DNA from: a bacterium
Lineage (GTDB): Bacteria; Zhuqueibacterota; Zhuqueibacteria; Residuimicrobiales; Krinioviventaceae
Length of the DNA stretch: 64,000 bases
Direction of reading: 5' to 3'
NCBI GenBank assembly: GCA_029561455.1
Contig: JAKQIY010000064.1
Span: forward strand, 53,579 to 117,578
Shown piece by piece: positions 29,211 to 38,515 of this stretch. Position 1 is the stretch's first letter, and every line of letters begins with the position of its first letter. The notes under the pieces were generated by a model. That model was not told the origin of the DNA and ran no database searches. It saw only the letters and a program-made list of their open reading frames with translations. Position numbers and translations under genes: made by a program.

Positions 29211-31313
29211 TCAAATCTTTTTTTTATTATTCAGCGCTTTAATCACTATAAAAGTCATATCATCTGTGGCATTTTCTCCATCAAAAAATGTATATATTTC
29301 ATGAATTATACGTTTTTTTATTTCATACGCCGACAAATCTTTGGCGGCAGTAAAAACCTGGGCCAAACGTTCCTCGCCAAACTCTTCTCCCAGCCGATTG
29401 CGCGCTTCGGTCACTCCATCGGTATAGAGCAGGTAGATATACCCCTCTTGTAAAGGCATATCAACCTGCTGCAAAGTTTTCTCAAACAATATACCGGCAT
29501 CCAGACCCAGCCCTAATCCTTTCGGCTCCAAGAGTTCACATTTTTCTTCATCCGGCTTTAACATTAAAACCGGGCAATGGCCGGCGCGACAAAAAGAAAA
29601 GACTTTGCGTTTTACATCAATGATCCCGTAGATCATGCTGATAAAGGTATTGCGGTCGAAATTACGGTACAGGGTGGCATTGGTGGGAACCAGCAGGTTT
29701 TTGGGAGTTTGGTTGGCTTTGGCCAGGGCTTCCATTATCCCTTTAACTTCGGCCATATAAAAAGCCGCAGAAGGCCCTTTACCGGAAACATCGCCGATGA
29801 CCACGCCCAGGCGGTTTTTATCAATCTGGAAGAAATCATAATAATCGCCGCCCACTTCATTTGCAGTTATACAAACAGCGTCCAGTTCAATATCCGGCAA
29901 CCTGGGCATATCTTTGGGGAGCAGTTTCATTTGCGCTTCATGGGCAATCTTGAGTTCCTGCTCAAGGCGTTCTTTAACTATAGATTCCTCGACCAGACGG
30001 GTATTTTCCACAGCCACCACCGCCTGCTCACAAAAAGCGCGCAGCATATCGGCATCATCATATTCAAATCCGAATTCCACTTTTTTACCGGCATACAAAA
30101 AGCCAATGATCTCGTCTCCCATAATAAGCGGCACGGCCAACAGCGAATTTAAATCCTTTTTCCATTTACATAAATTTTTGGCAACCTGACTTTTATTGAC
30201 CTGGTTGTTTAAAAAAGGATCTTTATTATTTTTCAACCACAATGATAGCGGATCGGTAAAAGAGGGCTTGCGGCTTTTCATTTCCGCATCGCGTAAATTT
30301 TGACTGGATGCCAGTTGCAGTTCGCCGGATTTTTGATCAAGTAATTCCAGCCAGCTAAAATCAGCTTCGGTAACTTCTATTGCCAACTTAACAATGGTTA
30401 CAACCAGCTTTTCAATATCAAACTCGGAACTAACGGCGCGGCTGAGATGATGCAAAGAAGAAATTTGCCTGATCTTGCGGTCATACAACTGGGCAGTCGG
30501 TAAATGCGCCAATAGCGCTAGAAATGCTATAACCACATAAATCGTCAACAGGATTATACTGGTATCCACAAATTTTCCCAGCACCGGGCTGAATATTTCA
30601 ACCGGATTCAGTTCATGGAACTTGAAGGCAAAATATAACTGGATGGGAACCAGGAAAAAACCGCCCCAAAAACAGGCCAGTTTCTGTTTTTTATTCAGAT
30701 AATTGATCCATGCCACGCGAAACGAATTGACCACCATCAGGTTGATCAGGATAAACAAAATCACATAGCGAAATTTATCCAGCCAGTTGTTGCTCAGCCA
30801 GTTCATGTATTTAAATGATTCCGGCAAGCTGAACAAAGGATATAATAATAAAAAGATCATTAACCAGGTAAAATTCCGGGCGGTGGCTTTTTTACGTTTT
30901 ATATAGATTAAATTACGTAATGAACCCAGGGTGATAAGAACGAATATTGTGGAAAAAAAAGTCCAGGCAAGTAAAAAGAAATAATTGCCGGCATTTTCAT
31001 AGAGCTTGTTTTTTGTAAAGACATGATCATAAAAAGTGTTCAGCAGATCGTTGGACATGATCAGCAAAAAACAGGTAAAAAGGATCAGGAAAAATAATGA
31101 TCGCAGCCCCCTTAACACATTCCGGTCGGATGCCCATTTCTGCTTGTAGATCAACGGTAAGGACAGGATTAAAGCAAAAATAATAAAATATTCGCGAATA
31201 TATATAGAAGTAATCGAGTGTTCAGAATTGGAAAGCATATTCACATCCTGAACGACTGCGGCTATCAAAAGAGCTAGCGGCAACAATAAAGAAAGTTTAC
31301 TTATTTCTTTCAT
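29211..31313 (-). CDS. Polytopic membrane GAF-SpoIIE/PP2C phosphatase
   Basis: About 8 TM N-domain; GAF; GGDYYD, DVSGKG, TDGV, DDMT. Confidence 0.9.
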   Translation of the reverse strand: MKEISKLSLLLPLALLIAAVVQDVNMLSNSEHSITSIYIREYFIIFALILSLPLIYKQKWASDRNVLRGLRSLFFLILFTCFLLIMSNDLLNTFYDHVFTKNKLYENAGNYFFLLAWTFFSTIFVLITLGSLRNLIYIKRKKATARNFTWLMIFLLLYPLFSLPESFKYMNWLSNNWLDKFRYVILFILINLMVVNSFRVAWINYLNKKQKLACFWGGFFLVPIQLYFAFKFHELNPVEIFSPVLGKFVDTSIILLTIYVVIAFLALLAHLPTAQLYDRKIRQISSLHHLSRAVSSEFDIEKLVVTIVKLAIEVTEADFSWLELLDQKSGELQLASSQNLRDAEMKSRKPSFTDPLSLWLKNNKDPFLNNQVNKSQVAKNLCKWKKDLNSLLAVPLIMGDEIIGFLYAGKKVEFGFEYDDADMLRAFCEQAVVAVENTRLVEESIVKERLEQELKIAHEAQMKLLPKDMPRLPDIELDAVCITANEVGGDYYDFFQIDKNRLGVVIGDVSGKGPSAAFYMAEVKGIMEALAKANQTPKNLLVPTNATLYRNFDRNTFISMIYGIIDVKRKVFSFCRAGHCPVLMLKPDEEKCELLEPKGLGLGLDAGILFEKTLQQVDMPLQEGYIYLLYTDGVTEARNRLGEEFGEERLAQVFTAAKDLSAYEIKKRIIHEIYTFFDGENATDDMTFIVIKALNNKKKI

Positions 31314-31412
31314 TATTCACTTACTTGATTAGCATATATCTAAAAAACATTTTTTTATCGATTTACAAACCATTACTTTAATCTTTATTCATAAAGCTAT
31401 TTTCTACGAATG

Positions 31413-31440
31413 TTTACGTTTCGTGCCTATCTTTGTTACA
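31413..31440 (-). promoter_or_regulatory. ECF-type promoter candidate upstream of the membrane PP2C gene
   Basis: Minus strand TGTAAC-N16-CGTAAA (canonical AAC-N16-CGT spacing). Confidence 0.5.
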
Positions 31441-31453
31441 CACATAAAATAAA

Positions 31454-33862
31454 TCAGTTTATCCTTACAATCAGCATGGTCATATCGTCATGCTGAGCCA
31501 TGGAACCGGTAAAATCTTTGACCGATTTCTTGATCATATTTATAATGGAACTGGAGTCTTCATCCTGTATTTGCGTAATCAGGTTCTCAAGACGCTGCTC
31601 ACCGAATTCCTGGTTTTTCTCATTCATTGCCTCTGTAAAGCCGTCCGTATAAAATACAAAAATGTCACCGGATTTGATTGGAATGTTTCTTTCTTCAATT
31701 ACGGAATTAAAAATATTACCCTTATCCATGCCCAGGGCTAATCCCTGCGGGCAAATGATCTGGGTCAGGCTGGCATCATTTTTCCGATTTATTACCGGGT
31801 TATGACCCGCGCGGGCAAACGTTAACTCCATTTTTTCCAGGTCAAAAATACCATAAATCATACTGACAAAATGATTCCTTTCAACATTTTCAAAAAACAA
31901 GGAATTCATCTCGATAAGAACCTGCGACGGGGAGAGCGGAGTCCTGGTCAATGAACGTAGAAAGCCTTTTGTCAAGGTCATATAAAATGCTGCAGAAATA
32001 CCTTTACCGGAAACATCGCCAATTGCTATACCAAGTTTTTTATCATCAATTTTGATAAAATCATAATAATCGCCGCCGACTTCTTCAGCAGGATAACAGA
32101 TACTTGCGACATCCAGGTGAGGGATATTGGGCGTCGAGCGGGGTAAAAAGCTCAACTGCACACGTTTGGCAATTTCTAATTCCCGTTTTAATCGCTCCCG
32201 CTCGAATAGTTTTTTAACATGTCGGGGTGAATAACGTAATAATTCATCTCGTTCAATTACTTTTTTTAAACCTGCCAAACCCAGCATTAAGAGGGCGAAT
32301 AGAATTAAATCATAACCGATGCCATCATATAAAAATTGCCGGTTATTGAAATGTAAAAAACGCACCGATTCAAAGACCAGGATAAAAGTTACCTGAGATA
32401 CCAGCGAGGTTACAAAGTCAAAAGCCAAAAAGATAATAACATAACCTGCGCCTATACAAAAGTAATATAATATTGCTAACCATTCCGGATGGGATATAAA
32501 TTCATTAACGCCCATTCCAAATGCCCAGATAATAGCTGCTGATAGAACTATCCAGCGTCGCTTGTTGAAATATCTGGCTAAAAAAGATGATACAAATAAA
32601 ACAAAAACAAACTGTGTCCATACAATATTGGTAATGGCGGCGGTAAAACGGTAAATAAAGGGAGAATAGGAATTAAGATCGGTTACATCGCTGCTCCAAC
32701 CGGTTAAATCAACAGGAGACGACATTGAGAATATACTGATGAGAAAAGTTGAAAAACCGACCAGGATTAAACCCGACGCTAGTCCATATAAAATGGAATT
32801 GGCAAATAAACGATGCCGTACCTTGCCACGCATCAGCGCGTCAAAAGTTAGCAGTTTGTCATTCCAGGCATCACGGGTAACGGCATCGGCGCAGGCAACG
32901 GCAATAACTCCAAAAAATCCCATAAATAATGGCCCAATGATTAACCCCCCCAGAATACTTCCGGTATCCCATTGTTCAAGTTTGAGCAGAAAAGTCAGAA
33001 CCGAACATAAGATTAAAATAATGCCTGCCGGGATTGACGCTTTAATGCTGATCTCATCATTACGGATCTTTTTCAGGAGAGAAATAACATAAAGCACTAT
33101 CAATCCCACAATTACAAAAAGAGATGCAAATAAGTTAAATTCTCCATCATGGCCGGTTTGATCTTTATCCAGTTTTTCAAAGGTATACTCAAATTTCCCT
33201 ATTTGAGTACCAAGTATATCAATTTGTAATTGTACAGGAATTTGGAGAATTGCGCTTTTGCGATTGTAAAAAACCGAATAATCTACTCTTTTTTCCTGGT
33301 TTATGGTTTTAATTTTACTAAAAGCAAACAGGCTGGTATCGGCTCCCAGACGGGCAAACCACAGCGAATCGGCTATGGCGCGCGCAGCCTGCTCGCTAAC
33401 AGAAGAAGCACTGCTATCCTCGGCGGCTTCTACCCAAAAGGCAATTTCATTACCATTTTGATCATAATGAATACCAACCTGGTTAAACCATGCCGGGAAT
33501 AAACGAGTCGTATCCACAGGTGTGATATTTTTACGGTTATCCTGTTTTTTCCAGGTAACCGCCCAGTAATAAGCAGGTAATTTTTCATTAATCACCAGTT
33601 CCAGGGAATCGGCAGGGACCGATTTTTGTAAATATCGCAACAGGGCTTCACGAACCCGGAATTGTGCGGAGACCTGGTAACGGTCGTCCTCATACCCCCA
33701 CTCTAATAATGACTGGCGTGCTTTATCAATTATCTGCTGTCGGTTGAAACGGATATTGATATGGGCAGATAAATAAATTGCTTTATATTGATACAGAAAA
33801 AAAGCCAGGCCAAGCAATGCCAGAATTACCAGTAGTATATTTTTTATTGTTCTGTTACTCAT
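31454..33862 (-). CDS. Membrane SpoIIE/PP2C phosphatase with large periplasmic domain and polytopic region
   Basis: TM, ~210-aa periplasmic domain, many TMs; GGDYYD, DVSGKG, TDGF, DDMT. Confidence 0.88.
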   Translation of the reverse strand: MSNRTIKNILLVILALLGLAFFLYQYKAIYLSAHINIRFNRQQIIDKARQSLLEWGYEDDRYQVSAQFRVREALLRYLQKSVPADSLELVINEKLPAYYWAVTWKKQDNRKNITPVDTTRLFPAWFNQVGIHYDQNGNEIAFWVEAAEDSSASSVSEQAARAIADSLWFARLGADTSLFAFSKIKTINQEKRVDYSVFYNRKSAILQIPVQLQIDILGTQIGKFEYTFEKLDKDQTGHDGEFNLFASLFVIVGLIVLYVISLLKKIRNDEISIKASIPAGIILILCSVLTFLLKLEQWDTGSILGGLIIGPLFMGFFGVIAVACADAVTRDAWNDKLLTFDALMRGKVRHRLFANSILYGLASGLILVGFSTFLISIFSMSSPVDLTGWSSDVTDLNSYSPFIYRFTAAITNIVWTQFVFVLFVSSFLARYFNKRRWIVLSAAIIWAFGMGVNEFISHPEWLAILYYFCIGAGYVIIFLAFDFVTSLVSQVTFILVFESVRFLHFNNRQFLYDGIGYDLILFALLMLGLAGLKKVIERDELLRYSPRHVKKLFERERLKRELEIAKRVQLSFLPRSTPNIPHLDVASICYPAEEVGGDYYDFIKIDDKKLGIAIGDVSGKGISAAFYMTLTKGFLRSLTRTPLSPSQVLIEMNSLFFENVERNHFVSMIYGIFDLEKMELTFARAGHNPVINRKNDASLTQIICPQGLALGMDKGNIFNSVIEERNIPIKSGDIFVFYTDGFTEAMNEKNQEFGEQRLENLITQIQDEDSSSIINMIKKSVKDFTGSMAQHDDMTMLIVRIN

Positions 33863-34047
33863 TCAGCAGGTCCGGTATAGATAAACTTCAAGGTTATGTC
33901 CGGGTTTTTACCAGATCATTCTATAAAAGAGAGATTACGAACGTTAGAATAAATTTCAAATTATGAAAAAACAATTGCTAAATCAAGTAAAATATAAAAA
34001 ATTACACTATGCAAATTGTGGGCGGGAGCACTATTTACAGATATTAT

Positions 34048-34626
34048 TCAGGCGAGCAACTTGTCGTTGAACACATTTGCTGAAAAAATAAATATTTTGG
34101 TTTCACTATCCTTCCAGGCATTCATTGGCAAACCGGCTTTGCGACAGGTATGTTCAAGAAAGGTCTTTCGATCCCAACCGTTTTCGCCGGCAACCTGGGG
34201 TAATAATAAACCGCTATAAAAACCGTTTTCTATATACAGCCCATGTTCACCGGGAGTGATTTCCTCCACAGAACTGATGCGTCGCATAGGCGTTAACACG
34301 GAAATCTCAATTTCCAGGTCTGTCAATTCATCGGGGCGTACAGGGTCAAAACGCGGATCATTCAGAGCCGCGGCGCTGGCCATTTCGATTATTGTTTGTA
34401 ATAATGGCCGCACACCACGGATAAGACCGATACAGCCCCGCAGGTCATGTCTTTTATGAATAGTAACAAAAGCGCCCCGTTTCTCTGTAAATACCGGCGC
34501 TTCCAAAGTATATGATTTTGGTTTTTTTCCATTAACAACCAGGGTGATCGTCTCCCGCGCTATATTGAGCAATTGTTTTTTTTCCTCTATGCTCAAATCA
34601 GCATTATTATTTCTGTTTTCAGGCAT
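34048..34626 (-). CDS. amrA: AmmeMemoRadiSam system protein A (AMMECR1 domain), no signal peptide
   Basis: GAFVT...LRGCIG, DPRF, LLLPQV, KAGLP. Confidence 0.92.
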   Translation of the reverse strand: MPENRNNNADLSIEEKKQLLNIARETITLVVNGKKPKSYTLEAPVFTEKRGAFVTIHKRHDLRGCIGLIRGVRPLLQTIIEMASAAALNDPRFDPVRPDELTDLEIEISVLTPMRRISSVEEITPGEHGLYIENGFYSGLLLPQVAGENGWDRKTFLEHTCRKAGLPMNAWKDSETKIFIFSANVFNDKLLA

Positions 34627-34638
34627 GATTTTTCCCTT

Positions 34639-36147
34639 TTATAAAATGTCTTCGCCAAATACCTGGGTTTTATAGATCCAAAAAGAAGCACCTTCTTTCC
34701 AGGCGTTATCCGGTAATCCTGCTTTACGGCACAAACTGGTCATTTCTTCCGCAACGGTCTTCCATCCCGCTTCGAGAGGCACCTCCGGCAGATAAGTGGC
34801 GCCGTGACCCTCTTTTTGCATAATGATGCCATGCTTGCCCATTTCAAATTCATCAAGACTGTTAATCGGGTATACATTAGTTAAATAGATCGATACTTTA
34901 ATATATACATGTTCAAGCTCTTTTGCCGTTAGCGGAGGAAACCTGGGATCGCCAAATGCGGCAGCCGCCGCCATTTGCGGAACCAGTTTATAAAGCGGCT
35001 GATCCGATTCATGATGCCCAATGCAGCCACGCAGGTCGCCATTTATTGTCAAAGTAACAAAAACTCCCCGTTTTTCTTTCATCACCTCATTGAGCGGGTC
35101 AAATTCCGGAACGGTTTGGGTATCCAGATAAGATTTAATCGTGTTACGCGCCATCCGTAAAAATTCTTTTTGCGTTGCCAGGTCGATCTTGCCATATTCG
35201 ATTTTTTGACTGTTTACTCCCTTACCTGCTTTATACACGGCAACTGCGCCATAACCGACAATATAGCCGGTTTTTTTGCCGGTAACATCGCCCGATGTGG
35301 TGTGCGCCAGTTGCAGGGCTTTATCGGCGCCCAGTTTTTGAGCGGCTACCTGCATAATAACTACCGGCCCACCACCGCAGGCCTGGTAGCGATCCTCTAT
35401 AAATCCCTGGCATAATTTTTCCGGTTCTAGCCGGCTAATTGCCGCCAGAGTCGTCTTGTCGAATGATAGGCATTCCGAATATGACTCGCCATGATAGAGA
35501 TCGGTACTGGCAATGAGCAATACTTTTTTTCCTTTTACCGCTCCGGCAAGTGTATTACCGATTGCCGAACAGACAGTCCAGTCATAAGCACCAACCACTA
35601 TGGGAATAATTTTGGCATCGGGAAACACTTTTTGCACAAACGGGATCTGCACTTCAACAGCATGTTCCTGTTGTTGATGGCCGAAATTGGAACTGGTGAT
35701 ATACCGGCAATTTTTGATCAGCGCATCGGCAACAACCCGGTCAATTATTGCTTCACCCAGGGGGGTTTTATAGGCGCTGCCGGGGTATATAGTTGCGCCG
35801 TTAATTGGATCGCGATGGCTTGGCGCCAATATCACAACCAGATCAAATTTTCCGATGTCTGCGGTTTTATAACCAAACGCAGCTGTTGCAGCCGAATAAA
35901 CATAACCGGCATGTGGCACAACCAGCCCAATAATTTCTCCTTCAGGAGGCGCCGCCTGGGTATTGTCAAGTAATTGCTGTATAAATACGCTTAATTCATC
36001 GCTATCGGCAGGATAAAACATGCCGGCAACAGCAGATTCCCTTACCTTGTCATTTTTTGCCCCTGTAAGTGATATTGCAATTGAACAACACAGAAGAATG
36101 AAAACCAGGGAGTAAAGGATAGATTTCGCAGTAAACTTTATTTTCAT
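34639..36147 (-). CDS. amrB: AmmeMemoRadiSam protein B (MEMO1) fused to protein A (AMMECR1), with Sec-type signal peptide
   Basis: Hydrophobic N-terminus; AVAGMFYP, PHAGYVYS, PSH, EHAVEVQIP, STDLYH, ACG, VGYG; C-terminal LRGCIG/DPRF/YLPEV/KAGL. Confidence 0.9.
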   Translation of the reverse strand: MKIKFTAKSILYSLVFILLCCSIAISLTGAKNDKVRESAVAGMFYPADSDELSVFIQQLLDNTQAAPPEGEIIGLVVPHAGYVYSAATAAFGYKTADIGKFDLVVILAPSHRDPINGATIYPGSAYKTPLGEAIIDRVVADALIKNCRYITSSNFGHQQQEHAVEVQIPFVQKVFPDAKIIPIVVGAYDWTVCSAIGNTLAGAVKGKKVLLIASTDLYHGESYSECLSFDKTTLAAISRLEPEKLCQGFIEDRYQACGGGPVVIMQVAAQKLGADKALQLAHTTSGDVTGKKTGYIVGYGAVAVYKAGKGVNSQKIEYGKIDLATQKEFLRMARNTIKSYLDTQTVPEFDPLNEVMKEKRGVFVTLTINGDLRGCIGHHESDQPLYKLVPQMAAAAAFGDPRFPPLTAKELEHVYIKVSIYLTNVYPINSLDEFEMGKHGIIMQKEGHGATYLPEVPLEAGWKTVAEEMTSLCRKAGLPDNAWKEGASFWIYKTQVFGEDIL

Positions 36148-36289
36148 CTGTTTAACCTCATTACTTGTTAATAACCAAAAACAAATAAAGGACAGATATT
36201 ATTGTAACCTGAAACATTACGACTGTAAGCCAATAACCAATATACTATATTAACGCAATTTTGCAAACAATAAAACGACCCGCTGTTGG

Positions 36290-37432
36290 TTATTTCCAAA
36301 TACCGGCGATTTTGTAATTGCAGGTGGGACATTTAGAATCGCTGATCTTGTTTTCCAGAATCCGGAAACCAATCCGCCGCACCAGCACAGCGCCGCAGCC
36401 CGGACAATAAGTATTTTCACCGGGATCGCCGGGGATGTTGCCGGTATAAACATAATGCAAACCATTATCGAGCCCGATTTGCCGCGCGGTTTTCAGGGTT
36501 TCCAACGGCGTGGCCGGCAAGTTGGTCAACCGGTATTGAGGATGAAAACGGGAAAAATGCACCGGAACATCGGGGCCCAATTCCGTAACTATCCATTTGC
36601 ACATCTCTTTCAACTCCCGGCGATCATCGTTCTGTCCGGGGATGACAAGATAAACAATTTCCGTCCACATATTTTTTTTGCGCAACAACACCAGGGTATC
36701 CAAAACCGGCCGCAAATGTCCGGCAACCAGTTCGGTATAAAAACGTTCGCTAAAGGCTTTTAAATCAATCTTGACGGCATCGAGCACCTGGCACAGATCG
36801 GACATGGGCTGTTTTTGTATATAACCATTCGAGATCATGATGCTTTTTACACCCGGTTTGCGACCTGCAACAGCCGTATCGTACAAATATTCGGTAAAAA
36901 CTACCGGTTCATTATAGGTATAGGCAATAGAAACGCAGTGATTGTGCCTGGCCAGGGTAACTATCTTTTGCGGGGGCAGATCGAGCGATTCGATCTGTTC
37001 CGGTCGGGACTGGGATATCTCCCAATTTTGGCAAAACTTGCACATTACATTACAACCGGCAGTAGCGTATGAAAAAGCCAGGCTGCCGGGGAAAAAGTGG
37101 AACATGGGCTTTTTTTCAACCGGATCGACATGGGCGCTGCATGCTTTGCCATAAACGAGCGTATAATATACTCCCCCCTCATTCTCACGCACGCCACAAT
37201 AACCTCTCTCCAGGTCATCGATTACACATTCGCGCGGACATAACTGACATTTGATCTTACGGTTATCCAGTTTTTGATAATACCGCGCTTCGGTTTTATC
37301 TTCCAGGCCGCTACTCTGCGCCCGTGCATTTGATGTTAAGAATTTTTGCATTAAAGGAGCAGCCAACAGGCAGCCGCCGGCAGCGCAGGTTGTTTTAATA
37401 TATTGTCTTCTGCTCAGGTTCTTCATGATCAT
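36290..37432 (-). CDS. amrS: AmmeMemoRadiSam radical SAM enzyme with twin-arginine signal
   Basis: SRRQYIK Tat motif with ARA cleavage site; CQLCPREC; DPVEKKP; GCNVMCKFCQNWEISQ; YTYNEP; C-terminal CPGC/CPTC. Start at 37432 gives an ATGA overlap with the upstream stop. Confidence 0.92.
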   Translation of the reverse strand: MIMKNLSRRQYIKTTCAAGGCLLAAPLMQKFLTSNARAQSSGLEDKTEARYYQKLDNRKIKCQLCPRECVIDDLERGYCGVRENEGGVYYTLVYGKACSAHVDPVEKKPMFHFFPGSLAFSYATAGCNVMCKFCQNWEISQSRPEQIESLDLPPQKIVTLARHNHCVSIAYTYNEPVVFTEYLYDTAVAGRKPGVKSIMISNGYIQKQPMSDLCQVLDAVKIDLKAFSERFYTELVAGHLRPVLDTLVLLRKKNMWTEIVYLVIPGQNDDRRELKEMCKWIVTELGPDVPVHFSRFHPQYRLTNLPATPLETLKTARQIGLDNGLHYVYTGNIPGDPGENTYCPGCGAVLVRRIGFRILENKISDSKCPTCNYKIAGIWK

Positions 37433-38439
37433 ACCCGCACACATTCGATCTTTTCAAGATCATTGGTTCCCAGACGATGGGTTTGGTCGGCGGCAGTTGC
37501 AATATAACGTGGTTCGCGGCCGGCCTGTTTCAGGGAGAAAAGTTTTTCGGCCTTACGTTTTGTTTCCACAATGTCCCAGCAAACCTGGTCGAGCGCGACA
37601 ATATCGGTTGCTACAACCAAACTGTCCATATTCCAGCACCATTGCGGCATAAAAGGTGGTCCGCCTTCATATTGAGCGGTGATGGCATCGCAAATAATTA
37701 ACCTGGTTTTATTGCGGATTGGAGGCAGCATATTGACATCGGCGACAAAAGGATCGCCAATATTATCATGATATTTATTGGGATTATTGATAACCCCGAA
37801 ATTATTTTTCATTCCCGCAGAGAGCCCCACAATGCCATGATCTTTGAGAATCGGCAGATTAATTAATGCTGTACACATTTCGGTAACAATGCGGGTCAAT
37901 AAACTGCCAATTTGGCCATATTCGGCGATGTCCTGTGAAAATCCTACCCGGTTGTTGCCAAAACACTGTACTTTTTGCCGACCCTGATACAACGTATACC
38001 CGGCGCGTAACAGGTCGTTATCATGGCGATCCCAAATAATGATATTACTTTTGTTCACCCCCGCAGCAATCAGCCGTTCTACAACCGCGTTTACAAGTTC
38101 CGGCCGGGTCGATAATCCCTTTCCTGCCAGGCAATTGACTTTGAGACCGACAATATCTTCTGGTTTAAATAAATATCTCCAAATATTCTGGCTGTTTTGC
38201 TGAAACAGGTTTTCCAGCGCAGTATCCAGCAATTTTTGAACCGCCGCTTCATCGGGTAAATTCTGCGAGGTGCGTAAATCGTTGCGGTGTGCAATAACCA
38301 CACGCGACTGTTTTTGGCCAGCTGTGTTAGAGGGTATTGTTAATCCGGGAACGGCATACGCAGTAGCGCTACGTCTGCCCAATAATAATGCGCCACCCAC
38401 AAGCATAGTTTTTTTTATGAATTGCCGGCGTTTTTCCAA
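37429..38439 (-). CDS. DUF362 family protein with twin-arginine signal
   Basis: KRRQFIKK plus hydrophobic stretch and AYA; VGLKVNC, NLPILKDH, GMKNNFG, DIVALD. TTG start at 38439 after GAGGA. Confidence 0.85.
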   Translation of the reverse strand: MEKRRQFIKKTMLVGGALLLGRRSATAYAVPGLTIPSNTAGQKQSRVVIAHRNDLRTSQNLPDEAAVQKLLDTALENLFQQNSQNIWRYLFKPEDIVGLKVNCLAGKGLSTRPELVNAVVERLIAAGVNKSNIIIWDRHDNDLLRAGYTLYQGRQKVQCFGNNRVGFSQDIAEYGQIGSLLTRIVTEMCTALINLPILKDHGIVGLSAGMKNNFGVINNPNKYHDNIGDPFVADVNMLPPIRNKTRLIICDAITAQYEGGPPFMPQWCWNMDSLVVATDIVALDQVCWDIVETKRKAEKLFSLKQAGREPRYIATAADQTHRLGTNDLEKIECVRV

Positions 38440-38515
38440 GTATCTTTCCTCAAACAAAAAACCGCAATCGGTTATGATCACGGTTTTAAATATGGACTAC
38501 TTGAGGAATATACTA

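Noticed and set aside
36203-36229. TGTAAC-N15-TGTAAG resembling the ECF motif
   Set aside because: Wrong strand for the flanking genes and 15-nt spacer.
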